A stretch of DNA of 64,000 nt, from the NCBI GenBank assembly GCA_037131755.1, contig JBAXQJ010000004.1:1094-65093 (forward strand). The letters run 5' to 3'. Positions 28,640-37,381 of the stretch are shown here, one piece after another. Position 1 is the stretch's first letter, and the number at the start of each line of letters is the position of its first letter. Origin of the DNA: a bacterium. GTDB lineage: Bacteria > Patescibacteriota > Minisyncoccia > Phycocordibacterales > GWA1-40-21. The notes under the pieces are model-generated. The model ran no database searches, was not told the origin of the DNA, and saw only the letters and a program-made list of their open reading frames with translations. A program made the translations under genes and the position numbers.

Positions 28640-29611
28640 TCATCTGTTTATTATTTTACCCATAAGCTTATATCCATTTCCATGACTTAACATCCCTAAA
28701 TATGATGCCGCTGTTTCTTTTTTCTGACTTTCCTCTAATCTCTTAAACATTTTGTTTTTAGTACTTGTCCTTAATACCCTATGATTCGGAAAATGCACCC
28801 AGCCCAAAAAATCCATACCAGATGCCAGGGTTTTTATAAAAATCTTTTGGGGATGCATACGCAATTTTAATTTTTGCTCCAGAAATTTGCTGATTATAGG
28901 CACCAGTTTTTCCAATTCACTTTTATCCTGCGAGAAAAAAACAAAATCATCGGCATACCTTATGTAATATCCTGCTTTCAACTTATGCTTTACAAATTGG
29001 TCAAATTCGTTCAGATACACATTCACCAAGAGCTGAGAGGTTAAATTACCGAGCGGCAAGCCCTTATAAATCATACCGCTATGGAAACTTTTAATGATAG
29101 TTCGCAATAAAACAAGAACATTCCGGTCTTTTATATTTTTCTTCAGAATTTCAAACAGTATTTTCTGATCAATGGACGCAAAACACTTCCTGATATCCCC
29201 TTTCAAAATCCAAACGGTTTTAGTGTGATTAAAAGACGCCCTTTTGCCAAAATTCCTGAACCTATCTAGGGCTTTGTGTGTTCCTTTTCCTAACCGGCAA
29301 GAATACGAATCAAAAATAAATTTTCGGTCAAAAAACGGATACAAAATCCGGTAAACCGCCCGGTGCAACACCCTGTCCCGCACGCTTGCCTTGTGTATGT
29401 CTCTCGGCTTCGGATCATTTACCTTGAAATTCTCGTAATTGTCATGAACATAAGTTTTGTTTTTCAAATCATCATGCAGGTCAATCAGATTGTCCATCAA
29501 TCTCAGTTTGAATTCCGGCACATCTTTCTTATCCTTTTTACCCCTTGAAAATTCCTGCCAGGCAAGGAGTAAGTTTTCCAAAGATATGATATGGTCATAG
29601 GCATGAGTCAA
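28640..29611 (-). CDS. diversity-generating retroelement reverse transcriptase
   Basis: 323 aa, RT domains only; YADD box (YIRYADDFVFF); DGR-type motif 4 LPLGNLTSQ ([I/L]GxxxSQ) in place of the group II QGxxxSP; TTG start at 29611. Confidence 0.8.
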   Translation of the reverse strand: MTHAYDHIISLENLLLAWQEFSRGKKDKKDVPEFKLRLMDNLIDLHDDLKNKTYVHDNYENFKVNDPKPRDIHKASVRDRVLHRAVYRILYPFFDRKFIFDSYSCRLGKGTHKALDRFRNFGKRASFNHTKTVWILKGDIRKCFASIDQKILFEILKKNIKDRNVLVLLRTIIKSFHSGMIYKGLPLGNLTSQLLVNVYLNEFDQFVKHKLKAGYYIRYADDFVFFSQDKSELEKLVPIISKFLEQKLKLRMHPQKIFIKTLASGMDFLGWVHFPNHRVLRTSTKNKMFKRLEESQKKETAASYLGMLSHGNGYKLMGKIINR

Positions 29612-29633
29612 AAATTTTCTAACAATAATGTCA

Positions 29634-29647
29634 CCCCCCCCCCCCCC
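29634..29647. repeat. homopolymeric C14 (G14 on minus strand) tract
   Basis: 14 consecutive C, 22 nt upstream of the RT start codon and between an ATG (29628) and the Avd-like reading frame. Confidence 0.9.
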
Positions 29648-29781
29648 GCAACACCCTGCCCGTCATTAACAGCCTGAAAGACGCTTATTTTCTCTGGATT
29701 TCCTATTTTGTCCATCTGCCTAATATACACAAATATTCGCTTGGTGAAAATGTTAGCAAATTATTTATTGAGACTATTGAA

Positions 29782-30006
29782 ATGACGGCTTATGCCGAGT
29801 TTTTGACCAGAACGGAAAAATTACCTTATATAAAAGTAGCAGTACGAAAATTAGATACACTAAAAGTTATGATTCAAATAGTCTGGGAAATAAAGGCTTT
29901 GGACGAGAAAAAATATATTGCTTTGTCAGAAAAACTGAACGAGACCGGCAAGATGCTTGGTGGCTGGCATAATAAATTAGCCAAAGAAAACTCCCCGACT
30001 AAATAA
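29782..30006 (+). CDS. avd: Avd-like accessory protein (four-helix-bundle family), N-terminally truncated in this frame; frame extends upstream to 29629 without a start codon
   Basis: C-terminus EKKYIALSEKLNETGKMLGGW resembles the Avd/TIGR02436 family. In-frame upstream segment ENAYFLWISYFVHLPNIHKYSLGENVSKLFIETIE also resembles the family N-terminus but lacks an ATG. The ATG at 29628 is in the -1 frame, across the C14 tract. Confidence 0.5.
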   Translation: MTAYAEFLTRTEKLPYIKVAVRKLDTLKVMIQIVWEIKALDEKKYIALSEKLNETGKMLGGWHNKLAKENSPTK

Positions 30007-30028
30007 TCGGGGAGAAATAAAGAGAGTA

Positions 30029-30150
30029 GCGGGACCGAGAAGGCAAACCCATTGTCACTGTTCCACCTGTTGTCAGGGTTACCGTTGTAGGCATTGAGCC
30101 TGTAGTCGTTGTACCGGTTCGTACCGAGCACGTTCGGGTTGCCGTCAGAA
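30029..30150 (-). repeat. DGR template repeat (TR)
   Basis: 122 bp, 109/122 identical to 30648-30769; all 13 mismatches are A (minus strand) in this copy. Confidence 0.85.
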
Positions 30151-30631
30151 ATCGTAATGAAACCATCTGTAGCGTTACCCTGGAATACTCGTCGGGACGC
30201 ATAAGTCTGTGTGATCTAAAATCACCCAGTTTCATTACCAAGTATCTTTATTTTTTATAAAGTGTCTGCATAAATCCTCTGTCTCAAACCGTGGCCCAAA
30301 ACATTCTCAACTTATGGATACTGGATTCGGCGGCAACAAACCTTGGCCTGTTACTTATACTCGCCTACTACCGATTTTATTCTAGCACAAAACTGTATTT
30401 TATCTGAAAAACGAAACCACCCTTTTAAAGGTGGTATTCTCGGAGTCTTTCGGCCATTTGTATTACAAGTGTAGCAAGTATAGAGAGATAGTCAATAATA
30501 AAATTTGAGCATTTTAAAACCCCATACTTTCGTATGAGGTTCCGATTCTACGCTGTATTCGGAAAGCGTTGTGACTTTGTCACATTTTTTCGAAGCCAAG
30601 GACAAAGACTCCGAGTGCCAGCGCCTAAATC

Positions 30632-31300
30632 CTAGGCCTGAGCACCAACTTGCGGGACCGAGAAGGCAAACCCACCGCCACCGCTCCACCTGCGGTCAGG
30701 GTTACCGTGGCAGGCAAAGAGCCTGTAGTCGTTGTACCGGTTCGTACCGAGCACGACCGGGTTGCCGTCAGAATCAGGAATAGGTTCGTGCATGGTGATA
30801 ATCCAGTCCAAACCCATTTCCTTGATTTCCTCATCCGAGAACATGTCCCGGATCAAGCAGGCTACTTCGGCATGCGGATCAGTCATCTTCCGTTTCTTGG
30901 CGTTACCACGAATATTCTTCGTGATTCGGTCATTGTCGGAGAACAACTTTCCAGGGATAACACCAATCTGGTGAACCGTCCCTGCCTTGGTCGGCTTAAA
31001 GTTCTTGTGTCGGAGCACGCTTTGGGCGTAACTGCCAACAGGTAAACCTTTGCCATTCAAGTGAACGATCCACTCTTCGCCGGTTTTCCCGTTCGAGACG
31101 ACCGTGAAATAAATCACGCCGTCCGCGTCTCGGGTCCACTTCATACCATCATTGAACCGCCCCTCGATTGCCCGCTGGAGAAAAGCATCAAGTTTTTCCG
31201 GATCAAATCCGTATTCCTTCTGAAGGAAAACCTGACGACCGATTTCCGCCAACTTACCGCCCAGTCTCGCCTGCAGATCGCCATTAAGTTTTGTACTCAT
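30632..31300 (-). CDS. DGR target (variable) protein, probable C-type-lectin-like fold with C-terminal VR
   Basis: 222 aa; the VR encodes the C-terminal NPD.R...GFAFSV segment, which resembles CLec-type VRs; no signal peptide. Confidence 0.7.
   Translation of the reverse strand: MSTKLNGDLQARLGGKLAEIGRQVFLQKEYGFDPEKLDAFLQRAIEGRFNDGMKWTRDADGVIYFTVVSNGKTGEEWIVHLNGKGLPVGSYAQSVLRHKNFKPTKAGTVHQIGVIPGKLFSDNDRITKNIRGNAKKRKMTDPHAEVACLIRDMFSDEEIKEMGLDWIITMHEPIPDSDGNPVVLGTNRYNDYRLFACHGNPDRRWSGGGGFAFSVPQVGAQA
30648..30769 (-). repeat. DGR variable repeat (VR) at 3' end of target gene
   Basis: Counterpart of the TR. The 13 differences all fall at TR adenines, mostly within AAC codons: TR peptide LGTNRYNDYRLNAYNGNPDNRWNSDNGFAFSVP versus VR LGTNRYNDYRLFACHGNPDRRWSGGGGFAFSVP. 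Confidence 0.85.
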
Positions 31301-31550
31301 GACAATCTCCTTTCTGTTTTACCCGCCATTATGACAGGTTTGGTTATGTTTGCTGGACTCTTCGCCACAGCTTTTAAGTGATTTTCTAAAAACCAACTAA
31401 AAGCTGTGGCGAATTTGCCTATCTCCTCGTCTTTTTAAGGTTCGGTTTATCTGTAACAAGTATAGCACCTATTACAATATTTGTCAATACTTACCAAGTT
31501 CCGTCAAGACCCACAAAGGACCGACCTTTGTATGTCCTTATTTAAGGCCA

Positions 31551-31575
31551 CATACCAAGGTTTAGCCTTGGTATG
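31551..31575. repeat. palindromic repeat element copy (loop in opposite orientation)
   Basis: cataccaaggtttagccttggtatg, 36 nt downstream of map. Confidence 0.65.
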
Positions 31576-31586
31576 ACTTTAGTGGG

Positions 31587-32360
31587 TTATAACATAGTCA
31601 ATATTTCCGCTCCGTCTTTGGTTATCACAATCGTATGCTCAAAATGAGCGCTTCTCTTGCCATCGGCGGTCCGATAGGTGTAGTCGTCATCATCTTGGAT
31701 AATATGCTTACTCCCCTCGTTTAACATCGGTTCAATGGCCAGCACCATGCCGACTTTCAATTTCTCCCCTTTTTCTTCCAGGCAATAGTTTGGCACATAA
31801 GGATCTTCGTGGGGCTTGTAGCCGACACCGTGGCCGCACAATTCCTCCACAATCCCATAGCGGAGCGGTCGGACATATTTTTCAATCGCATAGCTGATAT
31901 CGCGGACATGGTTACCCGCGAGAGCAGCAGCGATTCCCTCGTCCAAAGCGCTTTTTGTGACACTGATTAATTTTTGTGCCGCCTCATCGATTTTTCCCAC
32001 TGGTACAGTAACAGCATGATCAGTAAAAAGGCCTTTGTGATTTAACCCCATGTCGAGTGACACAATATCACCCTCTTTCAAGATAATCGGCTTTTCGTTG
32101 GGAATACCGTGAACAATCACATCGTTGACCGACACGCAAATAGCGGCTGGGTAAGCACGCTTGACCCCCGGCGGTCGATAATTCAGAAAGGCTGCTTTAT
32201 CACCATTTTCTTCGGCTAGTTTGATGGCCAGATCGTTTAAATCATTAGTGGATACTCCGGGTTTTACCGCTTTGGCCACTTGGCTCACGATAAAAGCTAG
32301 GCGTTTCCCGCCCTCGCGCAGTATCTCTATTTCTTCTGGTGTTTTAATCGTAACCGCCAT
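31587..32360 (-). CDS. map: methionine aminopeptidase type I
   Basis: 257 aa; the metal-ligand pattern (D, D, H, E, E) typical of MAP is conserved. Confidence 0.9.
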   Translation of the reverse strand: MAVTIKTPEEIEILREGGKRLAFIVSQVAKAVKPGVSTNDLNDLAIKLAEENGDKAAFLNYRPPGVKRAYPAAICVSVNDVIVHGIPNEKPIILKEGDIVSLDMGLNHKGLFTDHAVTVPVGKIDEAAQKLISVTKSALDEGIAAALAGNHVRDISYAIEKYVRPLRYGIVEELCGHGVGYKPHEDPYVPNYCLEEKGEKLKVGMVLAIEPMLNEGSKHIIQDDDDYTYRTADGKRSAHFEHTIVITKDGAEILTML

Positions 32361-32410
32361 AATAATGCTAATTATTACAGCCGATAGCTAAAATAGCAAG
32401 TCTGGATAGC

Positions 32411-32603
32411 AAGAGCGAGCCTTTGCCGCTTGGAAAATTCTCTAAGGCAAAGCGAGTTATTGCTTTTTGCGGGTTAGCGGAGCCAGCTTAGAAAATTAAA
32501 GAATTTTTTAGAAAAATCAAACTGTTTGAGGAATATTCTGATATGACGAGTTTTTGATTTTTCGTTAAGAAAAATGACTTAATTTTCAAGCTGGCGCAGC
32601 GCT
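32411..32603. repeat. MITE/ERIC-like intergenic repeat, copy 1
   Basis: About 135-bp core (gcgggttagcggagccagcttagaaaattaaag ... gatatgacgagtttttgatttttcg ... ttaattttcaagctggcgcagcgc) is more than 85% identical to 44892-45025; internal terminal inverted repeats ccagcttagaaaattaa / ttaattttcaagctgg. Confidence 0.7.
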
Positions 32604-32604
32604 A

Positions 32605-32633
32605 GGCCCGCCCAAATCAGATTTGGGCGGGCC
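32605..32633. other. GC-rich 13-bp perfect stem-loop downstream of adk
   Basis: ggcccgcccaaat-cag-atttgggcgggcc; no adjacent U-run. Confidence 0.4.
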
Positions 32634-32661
32634 GTAAGCAAAAGGTAATGACGAGCGATCC

Positions 32662-33294
32662 TTATAGTCCCAATTTATTTATTATCTCCTGATGGACTTC
32701 TTCAATGGTTTTTTCACCATTGATATCCAAGAAAATATAATTGGTATTGTCTTTGTAATAATTGATCGTTGGCATCACTTCGGCATCAAACCATTTCAGC
32801 CTTTTTTCAATCGCCTCCTGTTTGTCATCCTTGCGGGCCCGGCCTTCCAATCTCTTTTTTGCCCACTCCCGGCTAACATTCATATAAATGACTACCGGTA
32901 AAGACACCTTGTAGAAAGTCAAAGCCGAATCAAGCAATTGCGCTTCGTGCAATTTTCGAGGACAGCCATCAAAAAGAAGATTCTCTTTGCCGGTATAATG
33001 GGTGAACAAATAATTTTCCCATAATGCGACCATCACTGCCTCCGGCATCAAACCGCCAGCTTCCATAATCTCTTTCGATAATTTCTGGGTGTAGGTCTTA
33101 CCCTTCACAAATTCGCGAAGGAAAGCGCCGGTTTCGATATGCAGGGTCTGGCAAGATTTATCTTTTTCACACAGGAATTTTGATAGTAAATCCGCCTGAG
33201 TCCCCTTGCCGCAACCAGATCGGCCAATAAAAATATAAGCGCGTGGAATAGACCACATCGGTTCCTTCTTTTCTCGTTTAAAAAAATTTAACAT
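32662..33294 (-). CDS. adk: adenylate kinase
   Basis: 210 aa; P-loop GRSGCGKGTQ; lid/NMP-binding regions. Confidence 0.85.
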   Translation of the reverse strand: MLNFFKREKKEPMWSIPRAYIFIGRSGCGKGTQADLLSKFLCEKDKSCQTLHIETGAFLREFVKGKTYTQKLSKEIMEAGGLMPEAVMVALWENYLFTHYTGKENLLFDGCPRKLHEAQLLDSALTFYKVSLPVVIYMNVSREWAKKRLEGRARKDDKQEAIEKRLKWFDAEVMPTINYYKDNTNYIFLDINGEKTIEEVHQEIINKLGL

Positions 33295-33402
33295 GGGAAA
33301 ATTATAACATATTTTAAAAAGTTAGTGTTATTGAAAGTAGTGAGATATTGCTTTTTAAAAGCATTACGGAGTGAAATTTATAGCAATAAATTTCATGAGT
33401 AT

Positions 33403-33432
33403 AGAAAAAGTGCCGCGTCGGCGGCACTTTTA
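33403..33432 (-). terminator. rho-independent terminator after rplE (operon ends here)
   Basis: gtgccgc-gtcg-gcggcac with flanking A5/T4 runs, about 30 nt downstream of the rplE stop. Confidence 0.55.
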
Positions 33433-33464
33433 TCGTGGTTTTAAAAAGTAATATCGAACGGTTT

Positions 33465-34022
33465 TTATTTCTTAGCATCGTCAGCTTTGAATGGGAAGCC
33501 GAGATATTCCAGGAAGGCAGCTGCTTCAGCCTTATTCTTTGCTGTTGTATTTACCGTAATAGTCATCCCGAAAACATCTTTCAGTTCTTCATCGGCTGTT
33601 TCTGGGAAAATAGTGTTTTCTTTGATACCAATGGAATAGTTACCCATTTCATCAATACCTTTTCTTAGGATACCACGAAAGTCTTTAGTTCGAGGGAAAG
33701 CCACCAAAACCATTTTATCGACAAAAGCCATCATTCTGTCGCCACGCAAAGTGACAACCAAGCCAACCGGGTCACCTTGTCGAACTTTGAACGAAGCGAT
33801 CGACTTCTTGGCCCCGCGAAGCGCCGGCTTCTGGCCGGTAATTTTGACCACTCGATCAGTAATAGTTTCGATTTTCTTCTTATCCTTGAGGGAACCGATA
33901 CCAACATTCACCACCACCTTCTGGAGCTTTGGCACCTGCATGATATTTTTGTAACCCATCTTACCCTTTAGGGCTTCAAAGGTTTTCTCCTGCTTTTCTT
34001 TGGTTGTAATAATTTTTGACAT
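33465..34022 (-). CDS. rplE: 50S ribosomal protein L5
   Basis: 185 aa; matches the L5 family. Confidence 0.9.
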   Translation of the reverse strand: MSKIITTKEKQEKTFEALKGKMGYKNIMQVPKLQKVVVNVGIGSLKDKKKIETITDRVVKITGQKPALRGAKKSIASFKVRQGDPVGLVVTLRGDRMMAFVDKMVLVAFPRTKDFRGILRKGIDEMGNYSIGIKENTIFPETADEELKDVFGMTITVNTTAKNKAEAAAFLEYLGFPFKADDAKK

Positions 34023-34087
34023 AATTTTTATTTAAAATTCTTGATTCCTGCTTTCGCAGGAATGACAGAAAACATTGCGCAATTTTC

Positions 34088-34387
34088 TTATATTTCCTTG
34101 CCGGTCTTCTTGCTGATGCGAACGTTTTTGCCACCAATTTCCTTCTTGCCAATACGTACGCCTTTCTTCCCTTCCAAAATCATAACATTGGAAACATGGA
34201 TCGGAAGAGCTTTTTCGACGATCTGGCCTTTGGAATTAGCTTTGGTTGCTCGCTGGTGTTTCTTTTTCATATTGACACCCTCGATAATCACTTTGTCTTC
34301 ACGAGGAAAAGCGACAATCACTTTGCCTGTTTTGCCCTTGTCTTTTCCGGCGATCACTATTACATTGTCATTTTTCTTTATTTTCAT
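34088..34387 (-). CDS. rplX: 50S ribosomal protein L24
   Basis: KOW motif IKKNDNVIVIAGKDKGKTGKVI. Confidence 0.9.
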   Translation of the reverse strand: MKIKKNDNVIVIAGKDKGKTGKVIVAFPREDKVIIEGVNMKKKHQRATKANSKGQIVEKALPIHVSNVMILEGKKGVRIGKKEIGGKNVRISKKTGKEI

Positions 34388-34567
34388 ATATTTTCTTGGC
34401 GAGCGAAGCGAGTCTTTGAAAATAATGACCCTCGCACCAATTTTACTGAATTTAAGCTGTTAATTTATCGTGTGTTTGTGTTGTTAAACCTTTATCTATC
34501 ATCCTCCATAACTCTGTGAAATTGGTGTTAGGGTTTGATAAATATATTCACTTTGCTCATTATTTAT

Positions 34568-34939
34568 CTAAACTATTTCCGGTGCCTTTGAAGCAATACC
34601 CTGAAAACCTTTTTCTGAGATTTCTCGGGGAATCGGACCGAAGACGCGTCCAGCCAGAGGCTCACCCTTGGCTTTATCAATAGTCACCACGGCATTCTCA
34701 TCAAATCGAATATATGAACCGTCTTTTCGTCGGAAAGGAAATCGCTGTCGAACGACAACGGCGTACAAGACGTCTTTCTTCTTTACGGATTTTCGTGGCT
34801 CCGCCTTCTGGACTGACAACATGACCACATCGCCGATCTGGGCAATCGCCTTCTTTGATGATCCAAGCACCTTGAAGATACGTCCAATCTTGGCGCCGGT
34901 GTTGTCTGCTATTTGAACTAGGGATCTATCTTGAATCAT
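34568..34939 (-). CDS. rplN: 50S ribosomal protein L14
   Basis: MIQDRSLVQIADNTGAK... matches L14. Confidence 0.9.
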   Translation of the reverse strand: MIQDRSLVQIADNTGAKIGRIFKVLGSSKKAIAQIGDVVMLSVQKAEPRKSVKKKDVLYAVVVRQRFPFRRKDGSYIRFDENAVVTIDKAKGEPLAGRVFGPIPREISEKGFQGIASKAPEIV

Positions 34940-34964
34940 CTTTTTTGAATTAAATTTTTAAATC

Positions 34965-35225
34965 TTATTTCTCTACCACTTTGAAACATTTATCCTTGGA
35001 AATCGGTCTGGTCTCGATAATCTCTACCACTTCGCCCTCCTTGTGCTTATTGCCAGCATCATGAGCCTTGAACTTTTTCTGTCGGCGGAGGAATTTGCCA
35101 TACATCGGGTGTTTGGTAAATCTTTCAACCAGGACGACGACGGTGTCTTTCATTTTAGCTGAAACAATCTTGCCGGAAAGTACCTTTCCACCCTTCTCTT
35201 CTTTTGTTTGTATTTTCTTTTCCAT
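34965..35225 (-). CDS. rpsQ: 30S ribosomal protein S17
   Basis: 86 aa; matches the S17 family. Confidence 0.85.
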   Translation of the reverse strand: MEKKIQTKEEKGGKVLSGKIVSAKMKDTVVVLVERFTKHPMYGKFLRRQKKFKAHDAGNKHKEGEVVEIIETRPISKDKCFKVVEK

Positions 35226-35236
35226 TGTTTTATAAA

Positions 35237-35422
35237 TTATTCAGCTTTCTTAGTATTTAGGATGGTCATGATCTGGGCAATTTCTTTTTTCAAATTCTTG
35301 CCTTCTTTCAAATTTCGAGTCTTGCTTCCGGCCAAGCCAAATCGAAAAACTCGAACGGCCTCCTTCTTTTCCGCCAACAAAGCTTTCAACTCTTTTTCTG
35401 TTTTTTTAAGTAATTCTTTCAT
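35237..35422 (-). CDS. rpmC: 50S ribosomal protein L29
   Basis: 61 aa, helical; matches L29. Confidence 0.8.
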   Translation of the reverse strand: MKELLKKTEKELKALLAEKKEAVRVFRFGLAGSKTRNLKEGKNLKKEIAQIMTILNTKKAE

Positions 35423-35431
35423 GGCTTTATA

Positions 35432-35857
35432 TTAGATCAAATCTCGGCTAATTATTTTCACTTTGACACGGATCTTGGTACCGCCCTTTCGCAGAGCTTC
35501 GCGAGCGGTCTTTTCATCAGCTCCATCCACTTCAAACAAGACTCGGCCAGGATTGATAACCGCCTCATAACCCTGAGGATCTCCTTTACCCTTACCCATT
35601 TTCACTTCGGCTGGCTTCTGGGTATATGGTCGGTCAGGAAAGATTCTGGTCCACAACTTACCGGTTTTACCAAGGGAGTGAGAAATAGTCTTTCGAGCCG
35701 CTTCGATTTCGGTGGAACGGATTCGGCCGGCAGAAGTCGCCTTCAAGCCAAAAGAGCCAAAAGAAACTTTTGTTCCTCTGGTAGCGTTGGGAATTTTTTT
35801 AGGATTCTCACGACCGGTATGCCACTTTCGATATTTTACTTTCTTTGGTAATAACAT
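35432..35857 (-). CDS. rplP: 50S ribosomal protein L16
   Basis: MLLPKKVKYRKWHTGR... matches L16. Confidence 0.9.
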   Translation of the reverse strand: MLLPKKVKYRKWHTGRENPKKIPNATRGTKVSFGSFGLKATSAGRIRSTEIEAARKTISHSLGKTGKLWTRIFPDRPYTQKPAEVKMGKGKGDPQGYEAVINPGRVLFEVDGADEKTAREALRKGGTKIRVKVKIISRDLI

Positions 35858-35871
35858 GTTTTTAAATAAGA

Positions 35872-36564
35872 TTATTTCTGAACTTCTTTCTTGGCGTTTT
35901 GGACATTACGAGCCGCAAAGATTTGACCCTTGTAAATCCAAACCTTGATACCAATATCACCATAAGTCATGTGAGCTTTCTCCTGGGCGTAATCGATATC
36001 CGCTCGCAAAGTCTGAAGCGGAATTCTCCCCTTCTTCAACTCTTCGGATCGAGCCATTTCCGCACCGCCAAGTCGTCCACCCATATAAATCTTGACTCCT
36101 TGGACTTCTCGGTTGGCCATAACTTTTTCGATCGTCTGTTTCAAAACACGGCGGAAAGGCATACGCTTTTCCAAACCTTCGGCGACCATATAAGCCACGA
36201 CGGCGGCGTTTGATTCTGGCGATTTGATTTCTTCAATGTCCAGCTTAAAATCCTGAGCCAAAGCCAACTTGTGTCGCTTCATGAATTTGACAATGTCGTT
36301 TCGCAACTTGTCTGAACCCTCGCCGTTTCGGCCAATAAGGACGCCCGGTCGTGAAGTCTTGACGATCACCTTGAATGACTTTTGGTTTCGCTCCATTTCA
36401 ATAGAACCGATATACATGCCGCGGAGTTTCTTCTCCAAATATTCTCGCAACAAAATATCCGCCTTCAAAGCGTCGCGAAAATCCTTGTTAGAAGAAAACC
36501 AGCGAGATTTCCAATCTCTCAAGATTCCGAGTCTATGTGAATATGGGTGAACTGTATGGGACAT
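35872..36564 (-). CDS. rpsC: 30S ribosomal protein S3
   Basis: 230 aa; KH domain; matches S3. Confidence 0.9.
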   Translation of the reverse strand: MSHTVHPYSHRLGILRDWKSRWFSSNKDFRDALKADILLREYLEKKLRGMYIGSIEMERNQKSFKVIVKTSRPGVLIGRNGEGSDKLRNDIVKFMKRHKLALAQDFKLDIEEIKSPESNAAVVAYMVAEGLEKRMPFRRVLKQTIEKVMANREVQGVKIYMGGRLGGAEMARSEELKKGRIPLQTLRADIDYAQEKAHMTYGDIGIKVWIYKGQIFAARNVQNAKKEVQK

Positions 36565-36597
36565 ATAAAATTAAATATTAAATATAAAAACCAAGGA

Positions 36598-36990
36598 TTA
36601 TTTCTTTTTAGCGGCCTTCTTGACCGGTTTGACGGATTTTGCCACGACTGGGGCCTCCTCTTTTGTGCTCAAAACCAAAGCAACATGGCTGGTTCGCTTG
36701 CGGATCGGATAAGCCACACCACGAGCGCGAGGCATTCTTCGGTACAAGATCTGACCACCATCAACAGTAAAAGACTTGACGATCAAGTCTTCTTTTTCAA
36801 TACCAAAATTATTCTTAGCATTGGCCACCGCTGACAAGAGTAATGATAGTAATGGATCAGCCGCTCGCTTGACAGCATAGGTCAAAGTGGTGATAGCATC
36901 CTCTACTTTTTTGCCCTTAACTAGATCAGATACCAATCTGACTTTTCGTGGGGACTGTCTATAATCATTTAATTTTGCGGTGATGTTCAT
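36598..36990 (-). CDS. rplV: 50S ribosomal protein L22
   Basis: 130 aa; matches L22. Confidence 0.85.
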   Translation of the reverse strand: MNITAKLNDYRQSPRKVRLVSDLVKGKKVEDAITTLTYAVKRAADPLLSLLLSAVANAKNNFGIEKEDLIVKSFTVDGGQILYRRMPRARGVAYPIRKRTSHVALVLSTKEEAPVVAKSVKPVKKAAKKK

Positions 36991-37013
36991 TGTTTTTTAT
37001 TCTCTTATATCTG

Positions 37014-37049
37014 CCAATCTACTTTCTACTAACTACAATCTACTTTTTA
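37014..37049 (-). promoter_or_regulatory. GTAGATTGTAG-family motif between rpsS and rplV
   Basis: Minus-strand reading gtagattgtagttagtagaaagtagattgg; homologous to 62751-62788, 16981-17005 and 45541-45600. Confidence 0.35.
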
Positions 37050-37381
37050 GTTTCGACAGTGGCTTTAGCAGACTGAGCGGCTGAGATTTCAGCTTCTTTC
37101 TTCTTGATATCCAATTCTTTCTGCATCTTACCACCATGGCGATGGAATTTCCTGGTTGGAGAAAATTCGCCCAATCGATGGCCAACCATATCTTCGGTCA
37201 CCAAAACTTCGATGTGCTCTCGGCCATTGTAAACGCCAAAATTGAATCCCACCATTTCTGGAGCGATTTGGCAGCGTCGGACCCAAGTCTTAATAACACC
37301 GGTTTCAATCGGCTTTTTCCCTTCTATCTTTTTTAGAAGTCTTTCGTCAACGTATGGTCCTTTTTTAATTGATCTTGCCAC
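37040..37381 (-). CDS. rpsS: 30S ribosomal protein S19
   Basis: [19 protein letters not shown]... matches S19 with a C-terminal extension. Confidence 0.9.
   Translation of the reverse strand: MARSIKKGPYVDERLLKKIEGKKPIETGVIKTWVRRCQIAPEMVGFNFGVYNGREHIEVLVTEDMVGHRLGEFSPTRKFHRHGGKMQKELDIKKKEAEISAAQSAKATVETKK

Larger units (their letters stand above)
28640..31300 (-). mobile_element. diversity-generating retroelement cassette (target-VR, TR, avd, RT)
   Basis: Combination of the four features above. Confidence 0.8.

Noticed and set aside
29874-30241. ORFs 29874-30131 and 29999-30241 (and 30625-30834) reported by the ORF track
   Set aside because: They are conceptual translations of the DGR template repeat and its flanks (or the VR in other frames). 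The TR is a non-coding RNA template, not a gene.
32605-32633. Rho-independent terminator after adk
   Set aside because: A strong GC hairpin, but no U-run follows on either strand. Kept only as a stem-loop feature.
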